A DNA stretch of 64,000 bases from the human T2T-CHM13v2.0 reference genome, Homo sapiens: the NCBI RefSeq assembly GCF_009914755.1, contig NC_060931.1. One strand, written 5' to 3'. Below the pieces are notes generated by a model that worked only from the letters and a program-made list of their open reading frames with translations, had not been told where the DNA came from and did no database searches. Shown in pieces: positions 1 through 14,545 of this stretch. The position numbers and the translations under genes were made by a program. Position 1 is the stretch's first letter. The number at the start of each line of letters is the position of its first letter.

Positions 1-1220
1 GAGACATTGCAAATAATCCCACAGAAATAAAAAAACATCATAAAAAGTATCATGAACAATTATATACCAAAAATTAGACAAATGGGAAATGGACAAATTC
101 CTAGAAACATACAGCCTACTAAGACTAAATCAAGAAAAAATAAAAATCCTGAACTGATCTATAACAAATAGAGAGACTGTATCAGTATTTATAAACCTTG
201 CAAGAAAGGAAAGCCTAGGACAATATGGCTTCTCAGATGAATCCTATCAAACATTTAAAGAAATTTAATTCCAATCATCCTTAAGTAATTACAAAAATAG
301 AAGAGAGAACTCTTTGAAACTCATTCTATGAGACCAACATCACTCTAATAGGAAAGCCAGACAAAGACACTGCAAGAAAAGAAAAGTATAGGTCAATATC
401 ACTGACTAAAGTGGATGTAAAAATCCACAACAAAATACTAGTAAGCCAAATTCAACAGCACATTCAAAGGATCATATACCATGATCAAGTAAGATTTGTC
501 ACTGTGATGCAAGGGGGTTCAACATAAGCAAATTAATCAATGTGATACACCACATTAACAGAATAAAGGATAAAAATTATATAATCATCTCAATAGATGT
601 AGAAAAAATATTTGACAAAATTCAACACCTTTTCCTGATAAAAACACTTAATGTGTTGTGAGTAGAATAAAATTACATTGGCATAATAAAGGCAATACAT
701 GAAAAGTTCACAGCAAACCTCATATTCCACAGTGACAAACTGAAAGTTTTTCCTCCAAGATCCAAGAATGCCCACTTTCTCTACTTCTATTCAAAGTACT
801 GCAAGTAATAGCCAGAGCAATTAGAGAAGAAAAAAAGAAAGGTATTCTAATCAGAAAGGAAGAAGTAAATTTATCTCTGTTTGCAGATGACATCATCTTA
901 TATATAAAAACCCCTCAAGATTACACACACACACACACAGACACACACATGCAAACCTGTTAGGACTAATAAAATAATTCTGTAAAGTGGTAAAGATACA
1001 AAGTCAACATACAAAATCAGTTGTGTTTCTATACATTAACAATGAGCAATCTGAAAAGGGAAATAAAACAATCCCATTTATGATAAACTCAAAAAACATT
1101 TTAAAATTTTGGAATAAACTTAACCAAGGAGGAAAAAACTTGTATGCTGAAAATTACAAAACATTGCTGAAATAAATTTGCAAAGATGACAAATAAATGG
1201 AAAGACATACCATGTTCATA
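1..1220 (+). mobile_element. Old LINE-1 (L1M/L1PB-type) ORF2 fragment, degenerate
   Basis: Decayed ORF2 motifs in order: DITTDPTEI-like start, YRSISL, HHDQV, ISIDxEK, and the RT motif LFADD (ctgtttgcagatgac, about 877-891). Many stops and frameshifts; (CA)n at about 923-950. Confidence 0.9.
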
Positions 1221-1396
1221 AACCAGGTTCACTCTTAAGCACAGTAGAGTTCATACATATATGGTTTTCTTCTTCTTTTTTTCCAGCTTAGCATTTGATT
1301 CCAAAATATCTTTTTATTCATGTATCACACCCATGATTTTTTCTGTTTCTCCCTGATCCCTAGAAAGTTCTGAAAACCCTCTAAAATTGGAATTGA

Positions 1397-1720
1397 GGCC
1401 AGGTGCAGTGGCTCCTGCTTGTAATCCCAGGACTTTGGGAGGCTGAGGCAGGCACATCACTTGACCTCAGGAGTTCTAGGCTAGCCTAGGCAATGTGATA
1501 AAGCTCTATCTCTACCAAAAAAAACAAAAACAAACAAACAACAAAAAAAAAACAGCCAGGCCTGGTGGCATGTGCCTATAGTCCCAGCTACTGGAAGACT
1601 GAGTTGGGAGGATCACTTGAGCCTGAGAGGTCGAGACTGCAGTGAGCCATGTTCACACCACTGCACTCCAGCCTGGGTGACACAGGGAGACCCTGTCACA
1701 GAAAAAAAAAAGAAAAAAAA
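1397..1720 (+). mobile_element. Alu, AluJ-like
   Basis: Dimeric Alu with A-rich linker and A tail; J-type gggaggatcacttgagcc; degenerate TSD aaaattggaattga / aaaatggaaatga. Confidence 0.93.
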
Positions 1721-2143
1721 ATGGAAATGATATTTATGAATGAGGGGTTGCAAACTACTGCTGTAGTTGGTTAAGAGGAATAACAAAAGTTACCCAATAT
1801 TCTTTTTTTCATTACTCTGTATAATGGCTGTAATGGTTTCCATATGGGATATTGTAAAATCTAAATGTGGTTTCACCAGACAAAAGCCAAGGTTTTGTTT
1901 GTAAGGAAGATAAAGGGACTGTTGAAATGTTTGGGAATTTGGTGACATGAGAATATCCATTGACAGAAAGAGAAAAGCTGGTGTCAGGAGAAAGTTTCAA
2001 GGAGATACAGACCTGAGTAGAACGCACAAGAAAAGCTAGACTAAACTGGTTAGGATGAAAGGTGGGAAGAAGTAAACTTAGGGTTTTCTGTGGCATTTTA
2101 ATTTCTATAGTTTCCTCCTCACAGGCCCCTTGATGACAGAATA

Positions 2144-4463
2144 TGATATAGTTCGGCTGTGTCCCCACCTAAATCTAATCTTGAATTGTAGCTCTCATAA
2201 TTCCCATGTGTTGTGGGAGGGACCCAGTGGGAGATAATTCAATCATGTGGGCAGTTTCCCTCATACTGTTCTCATGGTAGTAAATAAGTCTCACAAGATC
2301 TGACAGTTTTATAAGGGGAAACCCCTCTCACTTGGTTCTCATTTTCTCTTGTCTGCCACCATGTAAGATGTGCCTTTTGCTTTCTGCCATGATTGTGAGG
2401 CCTCCCCACCTACGTGGAACTGTGAGTCCACTAAACCTCTTTTTCTTTATAAATTACCCAATCTCAGGTGTGACTTTATCAGCAGCATGAGAACAGACTA
2501 ATTACAGTAAATTGGTATTGGTAGGCTGGGGTGCTGTTGTAAAGATACCCAAAATGTGGAAGCAACTGTGGAACTGGATAACAGGCAGAGGTTGGAACAA
2601 TTTGGAGGGCTCAGAAGAAGACAGGAAAATGTGGGAAAGTTTAGAACCTCCTGGAGACTTGTTGAATACCTTTCACCAAAATGCTGATAACGATATAGAC
2701 AATGAAATCCAGGCTGAGATGGTCTCAGATGGAGATGAGGAACTAGTTGGGAACTGGAGTAAAGGTGATTTTTGCTATGTTTTAGCAAAAAGACTGGTGA
2801 CATTTTCCTCCTGCCCTAGAGATTTGTGAAACTTTGAACTTGAGGGAGATGATTTAGGGTATCTGGTGGAAGAAATATCTAAGAAGCAAAGCATTCAAGA
2901 TGTGACTTGGGTGCTGGTAAAAGCATTCAGTTTTAAAGGTAAACAGAACATAAAAGTTCAGAAAATTTGCAGCCTGATGATATGATAGAAAAGAAAAGCC
3001 CATTTCTGAGAAGAAATTCAAGCTGACTGCAGAAATTTGCATAAGTAATGAGGAAGCAAATGTTAATTGCCAAGACAGTGGGGAAAATGTCTCCAGGGCA
3101 TGTCAGAGACCTCTGCAGCAGCCCATCCCATCACAGGCATGGAGGCCTAGGAGGGAAAAATGGTTTTGTGGGCTGGGACCCGAGCCTCCCCACTATGTGC
3201 AGCCTAGGGACTTGGTTCCCTGCATCTCATCTGCTCTAGCCATGGCTAAAAGGGGCCAAGGTACAGCTTGGGCCATGTCTTCAGAGGGTGCAAGCCCCAG
3301 GCCTTGGCAACTTCCATGTGGTGTTGAGCCTGCAGGTGCACAGAAGTCAAGAATTGAGTTTTGGAAACCTCCACCTAGATTTCAGAGGATGTACAGAAAT
3401 GCCTGGGTTTCCAAGTAGAAGTTTTCTGCAGGGGCAGGGCCCTCATGGAGAACTTCTAGGGCAGTACAGAAGGGAAATGGGGGATTGAAGTCCCCATACA
3501 GAGTCCCCACTGGGAGACTGCCTAGTGCAGATACATGAAGAGGGCCACCATCCTCCAGACCCCAGAATGGTAGGCCACTGACAGCTTGTACCATGCACCT
3601 GGGAAAACTGCAGACACTCAGTGCCAGCTCATGAAAGCATCCAGGAGAGAGGCTGTACCTTGCAAAGCCACAGGGACAGAGCTTCCTGAGACCGTGGGAA
3701 CCCACCTCTTGCATCAGTGTTACCTGGTTGTGAGACATAGAGTCAAAGGAGATCATCTTTGAGCTTTAAGATTTGACTGCCTTGCTAGATTTCAGACTTG
3801 CATGAGGACTGTAGCCCCTTTGTTTTGGCCAGTTTCTCCCACTTGTAACTACTGTATTTACCCAATGCCTGTACCCTCATTGTATCCAGGAAGTAACTAA
3901 CTTGCTATTGATTTTACAGGTTCATAGGTGGTAGGGGACTTGCCTTGTCTCAGACAAGAATTTAGACTGTGGATTTTTGAGTTAATGCTGAAACAAGTTA
4001 AGACTTTGGGGGACTGTTGAGAGGACATGATTTGTTTTGAAATGTGACAACATTAGATATGAGAGGGACCAGAGTGGAATGGTCCCTCCATTGGTGGGGA
4101 CCATTGGGTGTCTCCATCCAAATCTCATCTTGAATTGTAGCTCCCATAATTACCACATGCTGTGGGAGGAGCTTGGTGGGAGATAATTGAATCATCAAGG
4201 TGGGCAGGGGGGCGGTTCCTCCATACTGTTCTCATACTGAATAAGTCTTACAAGATCTGATGGTTTATAAGCAGAGACCCCTTTCACTTGGTTCTCATTC
4301 TGTCTTGCCAGCTGCCATGTAAGACGTGCCTTTCAGCTTCCACCATGATTGTGAGGTCTCTCCAGCCACATGTAACTGTGAGTCCATTAAACCTCTTTTT
4401 TTTTTTGTAAATTACCCAGCCTCTGGTATGTCTTTATTAGCATCATGAAAACGGACTAATACA
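2144..4463 (+). mobile_element. THE1 (probably THE1C) MaLR provirus: 5' LTR 2144-2506, internal 2507-~4078, 3' LTR ~4080-4463
   Basis: Two THE1 LTR copies ending ...ACA; MaLR internal ORF remnant (GRGWNNLEGSEEDRKMWESLE); exact 5-bp TSD GAATA at 2139-2143 and 4464-4468. Confidence 0.93.
2235..2245 (+). promoter_or_regulatory. DUX4-type double-homeobox motif in the THE1 5' LTR
   Basis: TAATTCAATCA matches TAAYYYAATCA. The 3' LTR carries TAATTGAATCA at 4184-4194. Motif only, no binding data. Confidence 0.55.
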
Positions 4464-6044
4464 GAATATATTCTAAAAATCAATAGCTAAGCAAGAATTT
4501 ATTGTCATTTTTATTAATACAAGTGTATGTGTCCTATATCTCAATGTTAAACTGTGGATTAGAAAATACAGTTTAAGTTAAAAGGTAAAGTGAGATCCTC
4601 TACTCTCTTAAGAGTATTGGAAGGGAGGGAAGGATAATTGAAGGAAAGGATGATGTGCAAATCAGACATGTAATTTACTAACCCAGCCAGCCACATGAAT
4701 GAGAAGCATATGTCTGCTTCATCTTCACAGGCTTCTGCTTATTGTGAGGACAAATGTCCACCAATCTATCTGATTATCATTTAAATCCAACAGCATGTAA
4801 AAAGTCAAAAAACTATGCTACCCAAGGGCATTGATTTAGCACAGCGACTCAAATTCCAATGCATCAAGTTTGCAACCCTTTCTCTTATGGAAAGGAATAA
4901 GTATAGGGGTGAACAAAGTGAGAGGTCGAAAGGGCTTGCTTCAAAATTCCTCTGAAGTAGAGGTGTGGTGTGGCACACAACTCTCTTGCCTTTAAACAGA
5001 GGCATAAATGGGAGAAGCAGAAATGCTTCACTCTTCCACAGCAGCTAACCAACCCAAGGACTTCAACAGGTACACTGGTGTAGGGAGAGCACTTGGTGTA
5101 GCTGTTTCCTAGGCTCATTTTAAGCACCAAGATAATAAAAATTAATTATTGGTTACTAGTCTTTTTAAAGTGAAATCAAGGTTACCAGACATGGGTTTCA
5201 AGGAAATCAATGTGTAAAAGAACAATAAAAATAGTAACCAGATGTTTATTACCATTTGTTGTTGAATGGTACAAATAAAGGTTTCCATCTTCCACCTCAT
5301 GAGTTGGTATAAATCTCCCATATCATAAGATGCCACTCTTTTTTTGTTCCTGAGTTCTATGCCCCAAATTTTAAGCAACTTCTTCACTTCAAGAGAGAGT
5401 GGGTGACAATTCCTGATGAATAAGGTCATATTAATTGGTATTTTTATTCTCATTAAAATATAGGATGGTGGCTAACACATAGTATGTACTCAGTTAATGT
5501 TTGCTGAATTAATGAGAGGAAGAAATGAATAATGGTGCAAGAGCTGACTGGAACGGACTGTTGCTGTCTCTGATTGTTAAATAGGATTTTTGAGAGACTA
5601 AATATTTAATGGTTGTTATCTTGAAATTCATTATGATGAGTGTATTTGTATCAAATTTTTATCAAGAAAATGGGCAAACACTGTGAAATCAGGGCTTTTC
5701 TTTCTTTTTTCTGTTTTTTGAGAGAGCTAGTTGATCAGCATACTACTGCCTATTGCCACCACTTTCACTGCACTCTAATCTTTTCACCTTGGGAGAATCT
5801 CACTTCCTGAGAGTTTCAACCTGAAAAATAACTATAGACCCAAACAATGCCTTTTCTTTCCATCTTGCAGGTTCTGGGATAGGCGTCTCGTTACAACTAA
5901 AGAAATGTTTGGAATCTTGTTGTAGTAATAGTCTTAATCTGGATTTAGAGACACATGTGTGTAGATACTTTTTCCTCCCAAAACAGCAATAAATACATCT
6001 TCATGTAGATTTAAGAAAAGGCTAACATTAGAAAGTTAACCCTG

Positions 6045-6421
6045 ACAAAATAATCTGTACAAGAAACCCCCATGACATACAATTTATTCATGTAGCAAAC
6101 CTGTGCATGTACCGCTGAACCTAAAATAAAAGTTGGAAGAAAATAAAAGGTTGAGACTTGTCCACTGTAAAGTTAAAAAAAAAATTCTGAAAGAAATCAA
6201 AGATCTAAATAAATGAAAAGACAACTAAATTCAAGGATAACACAATTTAATTTTGACAAGATCACAATATTCCACAAATAAATCTGCAGATTCAATGCAA
6301 TTCCTGTTGAAATCCCATCTGTCTTTTTACAGAAATTGACCGAGCAACCCCAAAATATACATTTAAATGCAAAGAAAGTCAAATAAGCTAATAAATATTA
6401 GAAATAAAAACAGTTTTTTGA
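6045..6421 (+). mobile_element. Short L1 3'-end insertion (6045-~6148) followed by an older L1M ORF2 fragment, inside one TSD
   Basis: L1 3' UTR terminus (aaacctgtgcatgtaccgctgaacctaaaataaaagtt); 13-bp direct repeat aaagttaaccctg at 6032-6044 and 6422-6434. Confidence 0.7.
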
Positions 6422-6932
6422 AAAGTTAACCCTGCTTTCGGAACCCAAGGCAAAAACAAACTCTGGCAAACTAAAAGAATTGATATTACAAATGCACATA
6501 AAGATTCCGTGACATACTCTAGATAACAATGATGCTGTTCCCTTTCATGCATAGCAGCTCCAGAGCCTATTTACCCTTGAACAAAAGGCACAAAATTTAA
6601 ACCTTCGAACACTTTTACCAATATTTCAAAGCCAAGGTCCAAATATATTTAACATTGCCACTTATAAATATTTCTGTGGCTCTCACAAAACATCACTCTG
6701 ACTAGAGTCTATCTACAAAAAAAAAATAATAACAACAAAAAAAACTTATTAAGTGTCTCACCTTCAATGTACAATGTTTCAAAAGCATTACTTATGTCTC
6801 TGGTATTTATTTTAAAAGAATAATTTTCTTAACTCTATGAGAAAATGCTGTCAAATAGGTTGGTTTTGAAAAAGCATTAGTTTCAAAAACCTGGTAATTG
6901 TTACTGCTTTCTTCATATCTAAAAGTCTTTAT

Positions 6933-6936
<4 letters not shown>

Positions 6937-6968
<32 letters not shown>

Positions 6969-6974
6969 ACACAC
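6937..6974. repeat. (CA)n microsatellite
   Basis: Seen directly; one interruption. Confidence 0.97.
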
Positions 6975-7196
6975 TAAGACCCAGGTAGATAACTTCGTGA
7001 GCATTGGGACTGAACACAATTTCTCGTAAGTAGGTTACTTACAGGTATTGACCCTTATTATTCTTACATATATAATAATAGAAGCAAGTAACTTTATGCT
7101 CCTATTGTGTAATGTGCTACTTATTACAGCCATGAATTTCCATTCCTCAGGGGTCAAACACTGAATCTTTCTGAGGAATCCAATTAGTTCCTTCTA

Positions 7197-7863
<667 letters not shown>

Positions 7864-7930
7864 CTAAAACAAGAGCATTTTAAACATTCCTCTTTTGCAC
7901 AGCCCATTTACAAAGCCTGGAAACATCCCT

Positions 7931-8410
7931 ACAATGATTAGTTGCACTTATCAACTTAGCTAGGTTATGGTCACCAGAAATTCAATCAAACACTAACCTA
8001 GATGTTGCTATGACAGTACTGTGTAGATTTGATTAAATTCCATACTCAGTTGACTTTAAGTAAGAGAGATTATCTTAGGAAATCTGAATAGGACTGATTT
8101 AATCAGTTGAGCTGTAAGAGTGGAGTTGATGCTTCCTTAATAAAGAAGAAATTCCACCTGTGGACAGCAGATTTTTGCTACCCATGCCTGAGAGTTCAGT
8201 CTATCCTAAATATTTTGGACTTGCCACAATCATGTAAACCAATTCCTTGCAATTCCTTGCAATAAACTTCTTAATTTATTAAGGAGTAAATTAAGGAATT
8301 TATTTATTAAGGAATAAATTGCAAGGAATTTATTGCAATTCCTTGCAATAAACCTCTTAGTATATATCTCCTCCTGGTTCTGTTTCTCTGGCTGAATGCT
8401 GATGAATACA
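7931..8410 (+). mobile_element. MLT2 (MLT2C/D-like) ERVL solo LTR
   Basis: tcaacttagctagg...cagttgactttaagtaa...aataaa...ggttctgtttctctgg...aataca, typical of MLT2. Confidence 0.75.
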
Positions 8411-9049
8411 GGCCCAACAATATGTGCATATATTTCCTTTTTTAATTCACAAAAGTAAGATATTTTAATTTCAGTGAATTGAGACTATTCTTTTCCACTC
8501 TGACTTGCCCCCTGCCACACCGGTGCAGTAGTGTTTCAGTGGCCACAGATATTCTGAGGATCTTGCTCAGAAGAAGTTGAGTTAGAGATATATTTAGCTT
8601 GAGTTTACTAGAATTTATTTATAATTCACAGTCACATCCATGGATAATTATTTCTAGCCACACCTTCCAGAAATATTATTACTATCACTGTGAAAATACA
8701 CCTGGGTTTTGATTCAAAGTATCTAGAGATCATATCAGAATATGAACATGTCCTAGAGCATCTGGGGCCAGATATATGTGGGTAGTGAAAATTTTAAAAA
8801 GTTGAAATGCATGAGCCAGAGCTGGTCAGTGGAAAAGTTTTCCAGTTGTCAGGCATGTAAAATGTAAGCAAAGGAGATGATGATGCTCATGAACGTTTTA
8901 TGAAAACAAGAACATATTAAATAACACATTGTATGTACAATCATGAATGCACAGTGCAACTTTTTTCTTTTTTGATGGAAATTACATACATAGAATTTAT
9001 CATAATCTCTATACTTATAGAGTATGAACTTGTAGCGGCACTGTAAATA

Positions 9050-9745
<696 letters not shown>

Positions 9746-11009
9746 CCACGCACCTCTGTGTGTGTGTTTGTTTTGGTGTCCCTTAACACTTTCCCTGCTT
9801 CATCACACTGCCCAGAGCTTCCCACTGGGAACATACTCTCACCTCCTTAATTCCCATTTCCTTTTTCTTACCCAAACAGGAAGGAGTAGCCACTATTCAT
9901 GCCATTGTCAAAACCTCATGGCAACAAAACTTCCAGGGCTGGAATTGCAAAGATGATTACAAAGGGGAGCTCCACAATCAGGTGATCCAGCATTGATAAG
10001 GTGTTTGGACTTGATTATATGAAACGAGATTTCTATAATTACTAGAGCTTGTTCTTTAATATGCATTATTTTAGGGTTATCTTCTCTGCTAGAAATTATA
10101 AAACAGTTTGAGCTAAAGACGCAAAGCTAAATAAGCCCCAATGTGTGCTATGTTAATATAACATTCCAAACAACTCACATCTAAAGAATATGAAGATCTG
10201 CCATTATTTTAGAATTATGAGATTTTTATAAGAATAAATTTGCCTTGGGCAAATGGCACCAGTAAATGGCACTGATCTAAAAAATAAAAAAAGCAAACAT
10301 TCTACTATATGTAAAAATCTGAAATGATATCTGCTCTGGTTTGGGGGGAAGGTTGCTGTTTTTTTAAAAAAAATATGATCATGGAGATAATTAAGTGATT
10401 AACGGAATATGGTACTGAAAAAGTGTAACCTATTCTAATATGATGAGATAGATCCCCACACAATAGTTTAGGAATCTTATTCTAAGTAATACTTAGGCAA
10501 TATCTTATTCTAAGTAATGCTTAGGCTTTGCTGCTAATGCTTATTGAAGGGAGTGATGGATCTGAGTATGCTACTTTGTGTGTCATTGAATGTCTGCTCT
10601 GAGAAGCAGGAAAGTAAACCCAGCATTGTAGTGATAGTCTTTGGAATGAAGCTCATGGTGAGAACCAAGAGCAACTCCAGTAGGAAAGAAAGGGCAAGGT
10701 CAGAAAGGAGATTAAGATCTTGGAAGCAGAGTTGCCCCGGGGTACCTGCTAACTGTTCCTATGTACCTGCTGTGAGCAGACTATTGTATCAGGCATATAG
10801 GGAGTTTCAAAAAAATCAGATCCTGCCCTGAGAAAGAAGAACATTACCTTCAAGCAGCATTTACTAAGCTTCTATCTGTGCATATTTTGGGGAATGGCAG
10901 TATGCCAAGAAATTTCAACATATATAACCAACACTCAGGGGGTCAAAATCCAAAACAACACCAAAATCCTTGGTTTTCTAAAATGAATTGTGAAACTTCT
11001 TCCTCAGTT

Positions 11010-11500
11010 ATTGTCTGCTATGTATCTATAGGAATCGGCTTTCCCTTCTAAAGAAACAGAGACTCCATATTTTGCATGTTTCCTCACACTGTGATGTGTG
11101 CAGTGAGAATGCAGAGATGGCTAAGAATGATATTTCCCAATGCTCCTGCACCTACCTGCACATGGCTATCTGACTAATTCTCACCAATGAAACATGAGAG
11201 GGAGGGTCCTCCTTTGTGGCCAAGAGTTTTAGGAACCTCATGTAACTTCTCTATCTCTTTTCTCCCTTCCACCAGCTAGAGTCAGATGATTATAAGTCCC
11301 TGGAATGATGATGCCACAAGATGGAAGGAGTCTAGCTACATGATTCATTGCATGGGTAAAAGCCAACTAGGAATGTCCTTCCTCAAATTAATATATTACC
11401 CAGAGATAAACACTTACTGCCTGGAAAAAAATAGCCTGGCTCTTCTTGTTCCACAGCCAAGCATTATGTAATTCAATGCCCTACATAAAGGAATCTAATA
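11010..11500 (+). mobile_element. Old MaLR LTR remnant (MLT1-type)
   Basis: gccacaagatggaaggag and tgactaattctcaccaatgaaa motifs typical of old MLT1 LTRs. Confidence 0.5.
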
Positions 11501-11709
11501 CACATTTACTGAATTTAAAATGACAGGCTAAGACAGGCATTTAAGGTGCTGCATAGAATCCCAGGCGCATTCTATCTAATATATTGTAGTTACTTAGAGT
11601 GAGAGGGGAAGTGATAGATAGGATGATGTGTAAATTAGGAGCAAGGTTGAAATAAAAAGTAGGAAAATATTCAATGTCTGAGTGTCAAAGAGTCATGTGA
11701 GGTGGACAG

Positions 11710-12075
11710 TTGCAGAGTTGCCGTCTATCATCTATTCCCCATCCTTACAGAAATATCACCACAATTATATTTGATAAGTCCAGATTCTCCCACCTTCAGT
11801 AATGTTCCTGGTCTCTTCAGGATATGAAAGTAAAGTTAGAACTGATGCAGTCGTTTCACTTCTGCAAGATAAGGGCCTGTCTGAAAATGACATCAACTTG
11901 TGGAATAGAACAATGCCAAGACACAGAGATAGATGATGTTCAGCCCCAGAAGCCAAGTGGATCTGAAGTTAGCACTGCCCTATATGTGTTTCTTATAGTA
12001 GACCAATTCCTCTTTGCTTAGGCCAATTGGATTAAGTTTTCTGCCATCCATAACTATAAAAGCTCTAACTAATAC
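11710..12075 (+). mobile_element. Old MaLR/ERVL LTR remnant (MLT1K/L-like)
   Basis: 3' end ...ttaggccaattggattaagttttctg...ctaactaataca. Confidence 0.4.
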
Positions 12076-14264
12076 ATCATAGAAGGTTTTGTGGTATTGA
12101 TAATATCCTGCCACTTATGGGTGCAGCTAGTATTTGTGTCAGATCCCTCTGATGGTGAGTCAAGGCCATTCCAGTGGAGAGCAAGTTGCTGGAAGCTATA
12201 ATACTTGAAAATGAAAGTCTGGGGTATGCCAGGACTTTATTCCCCTTCTCCGTAAAATCTCCATTAATTGTTCTTTTCTAAACCATCACAAAATTAAGAA
12301 AGATTAAAATTCCTTGATAAGGATATTTTCTCAATTTTATCCTAACTATGCTTACAGTAACTTTCTAAAACTTGGCATCTTAATTACTCTATAACAAACA
12401 AGATGAATAAAAATATGTGTGCCATGCACATAAAAATTTCTTTATAGTTCCCTCAGTCCCTGCTTTCCCACACTCTTACCACTCCTATGCTTTTCCCATA
12501 TAGAAATTCTGAAGCTAAAAGTCAAGTTCCAAAATTCTACTTAATAGAGAGAACCAAAAGCATGACCAGAATGGTTCCTCAGAATCAGGAGGTGAAACCT
12601 AACATTCGTACTGAGATTGGAATTCAGACCCAAGGGCCAGGAGTCAGATAAGATAATAACAAGGAGGTGGTTAGTTAAAAAGAGTGAATGGGATGCTGTC
12701 TGAATTATTTTGGAAACAGTTACTAGTGACAGCAATCAGGCTTTCACATGATCTTTATGACATGTCTCATTTGTTGCCTAGATCCATTTAAAGGACCTAG
12801 GAAATGACCAAACCTGAAGCTTGGATCATTTACTTAAAATTTCTAAAGACACAAGGGTCAGGCTCTATTCACATAGACATTGCCAAACCAAATCCCCAAA
12901 CTTGTCAGCTTTTTTGTCCCTCTGCCTCTTCATTCTCTAGACTGGGAACTTTACATGAGCACTAACAGGCAGTCTAGTCCTGGTTTAGCACCTCCCCCAC
13001 CCCACCCCAGACATTGCTGAACAGACATTCCCTCCAACTACCACCTGGTATTTTCACAGAGCAGCTTCAGAAAATCTATTGAGCAAAATAAGGAAGGAGA
13101 CTTGCTCTAGTTGCAATGTAGGAGGTCACAAGTTTATATTCCATTTATGCCTCCACTAATTCTATTTGTTTCCTTCGCATTAGGTGTTCCAAGATAATGA
13201 ATACTTCCATAGCAACAAAAGTCTGACAATAAACGGTTACCTTGATTTTCACATTTCAAAGAAAAATCCCTCAATGGCAACTAGACCAGAAGTCTCAACA
13301 CTGAATATGCAATAATGGCTACAAGGTGAACAGTTTTTCTATTCCATTTTCTTAGCAACATCATTGATTGATTTTCTTGGAAAGGAAGTTAGATTGGATT
13401 AGATGATCTTTTTGTTTCAGTCATGTAGCTTGTTATTAGCAATTAATATATGCAGTAGCTTTTGAAACAACATAAGTAATAAGTGACTTCAGTAGAAATT
13501 CATTATATTCTAACACAAATGATTTATAAATGCAATTTTATTTTAAAATTTCTATCCTTTCTGTCTCCCTGATTATAATTGTCAAAGTATTCTGATAGTA
13601 GAAAGTGTGTATGACTGAAAAAATGGTATAAAATATTTCAGATATAGTATATATTCTATAGGTTGAATTCAAAAGACTGCTGTCACTGTACATTTTTTCC
13701 CTAACAAATCATCTTTTTTCTATGCATAACCTATGGTGAGGCAACATTCTTTACATTGTGTTAAACAAGAAAATACTTTGTAATGAATTAAAGTTAAGGA
13801 AAGACTACATCTATCAGCCACAAGGAACTTGAGTTCTGGCAATTTTGAGGGTTTAAGGCTCACAGTTTTAGCAGCTATGTCTGCATAAGGACTTGATTGG
13901 ATCAAAATAAAGAACACAAACATGAACAAGGGGCTCCCTGAAAATTCAGAGCTTCAATGAGTTCAGCACAAGTCCTAAAAGGACATCTCCCTAAACATTG
14001 ACATTAAACGTTTTTGCACTGGCTTGACTGGGTATAACTTTAAAATGAAATACTAAGTGAAATACCTGTATAATGAAAACTATAAAACACTGACAAAAGA
14101 AATTGAAGGGGACACCAAAAAATGGAAAAAATTCCATGTTTATGAATTAGAAGAATCAATATTATTAAAATGTTCATATTACCCAAAACAATTTAGAGAT
14201 TCAATGCACCCTCTATCAAAATACCAACGACATTTGTATCAATCACAGTCCTCTAGAGGGACAG

Positions 14265-14512
14265 AATATGATATATATGTACATATATCCTATTATATAT
14301 GTGTGTCTATATCCCATTATATGTATACTGTTATATATATCCTATTTTTTATATATATCCTATTATATATAGAACTAATAGGCTATATATATCCTATTAT
14401 ATATGTGTGTATATATATCCTATTATATATAATATATATCCTATTTTGTATATGTAGAATAGGATATATATTTATACGATATATATATATCATTCTATAT
14501 ATATATAATCAA

Positions 14513-14544
<32 letters not shown>

Positions 14545-14545
14545 G
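14265..14545. repeat. AT-rich compound mini/microsatellite in the HERV-L 3' LTR
   Basis: (TA)n mixed with repeated atatcctatt units and their reverse complement; absent from the 5' LTR. Confidence 0.92.

Noticed and set aside
2512-3756. ORFs in MaLR internal regions (also 58944-60084)
   Set aside because: Ordinary decayed THE1/MST internal ORF remnants.
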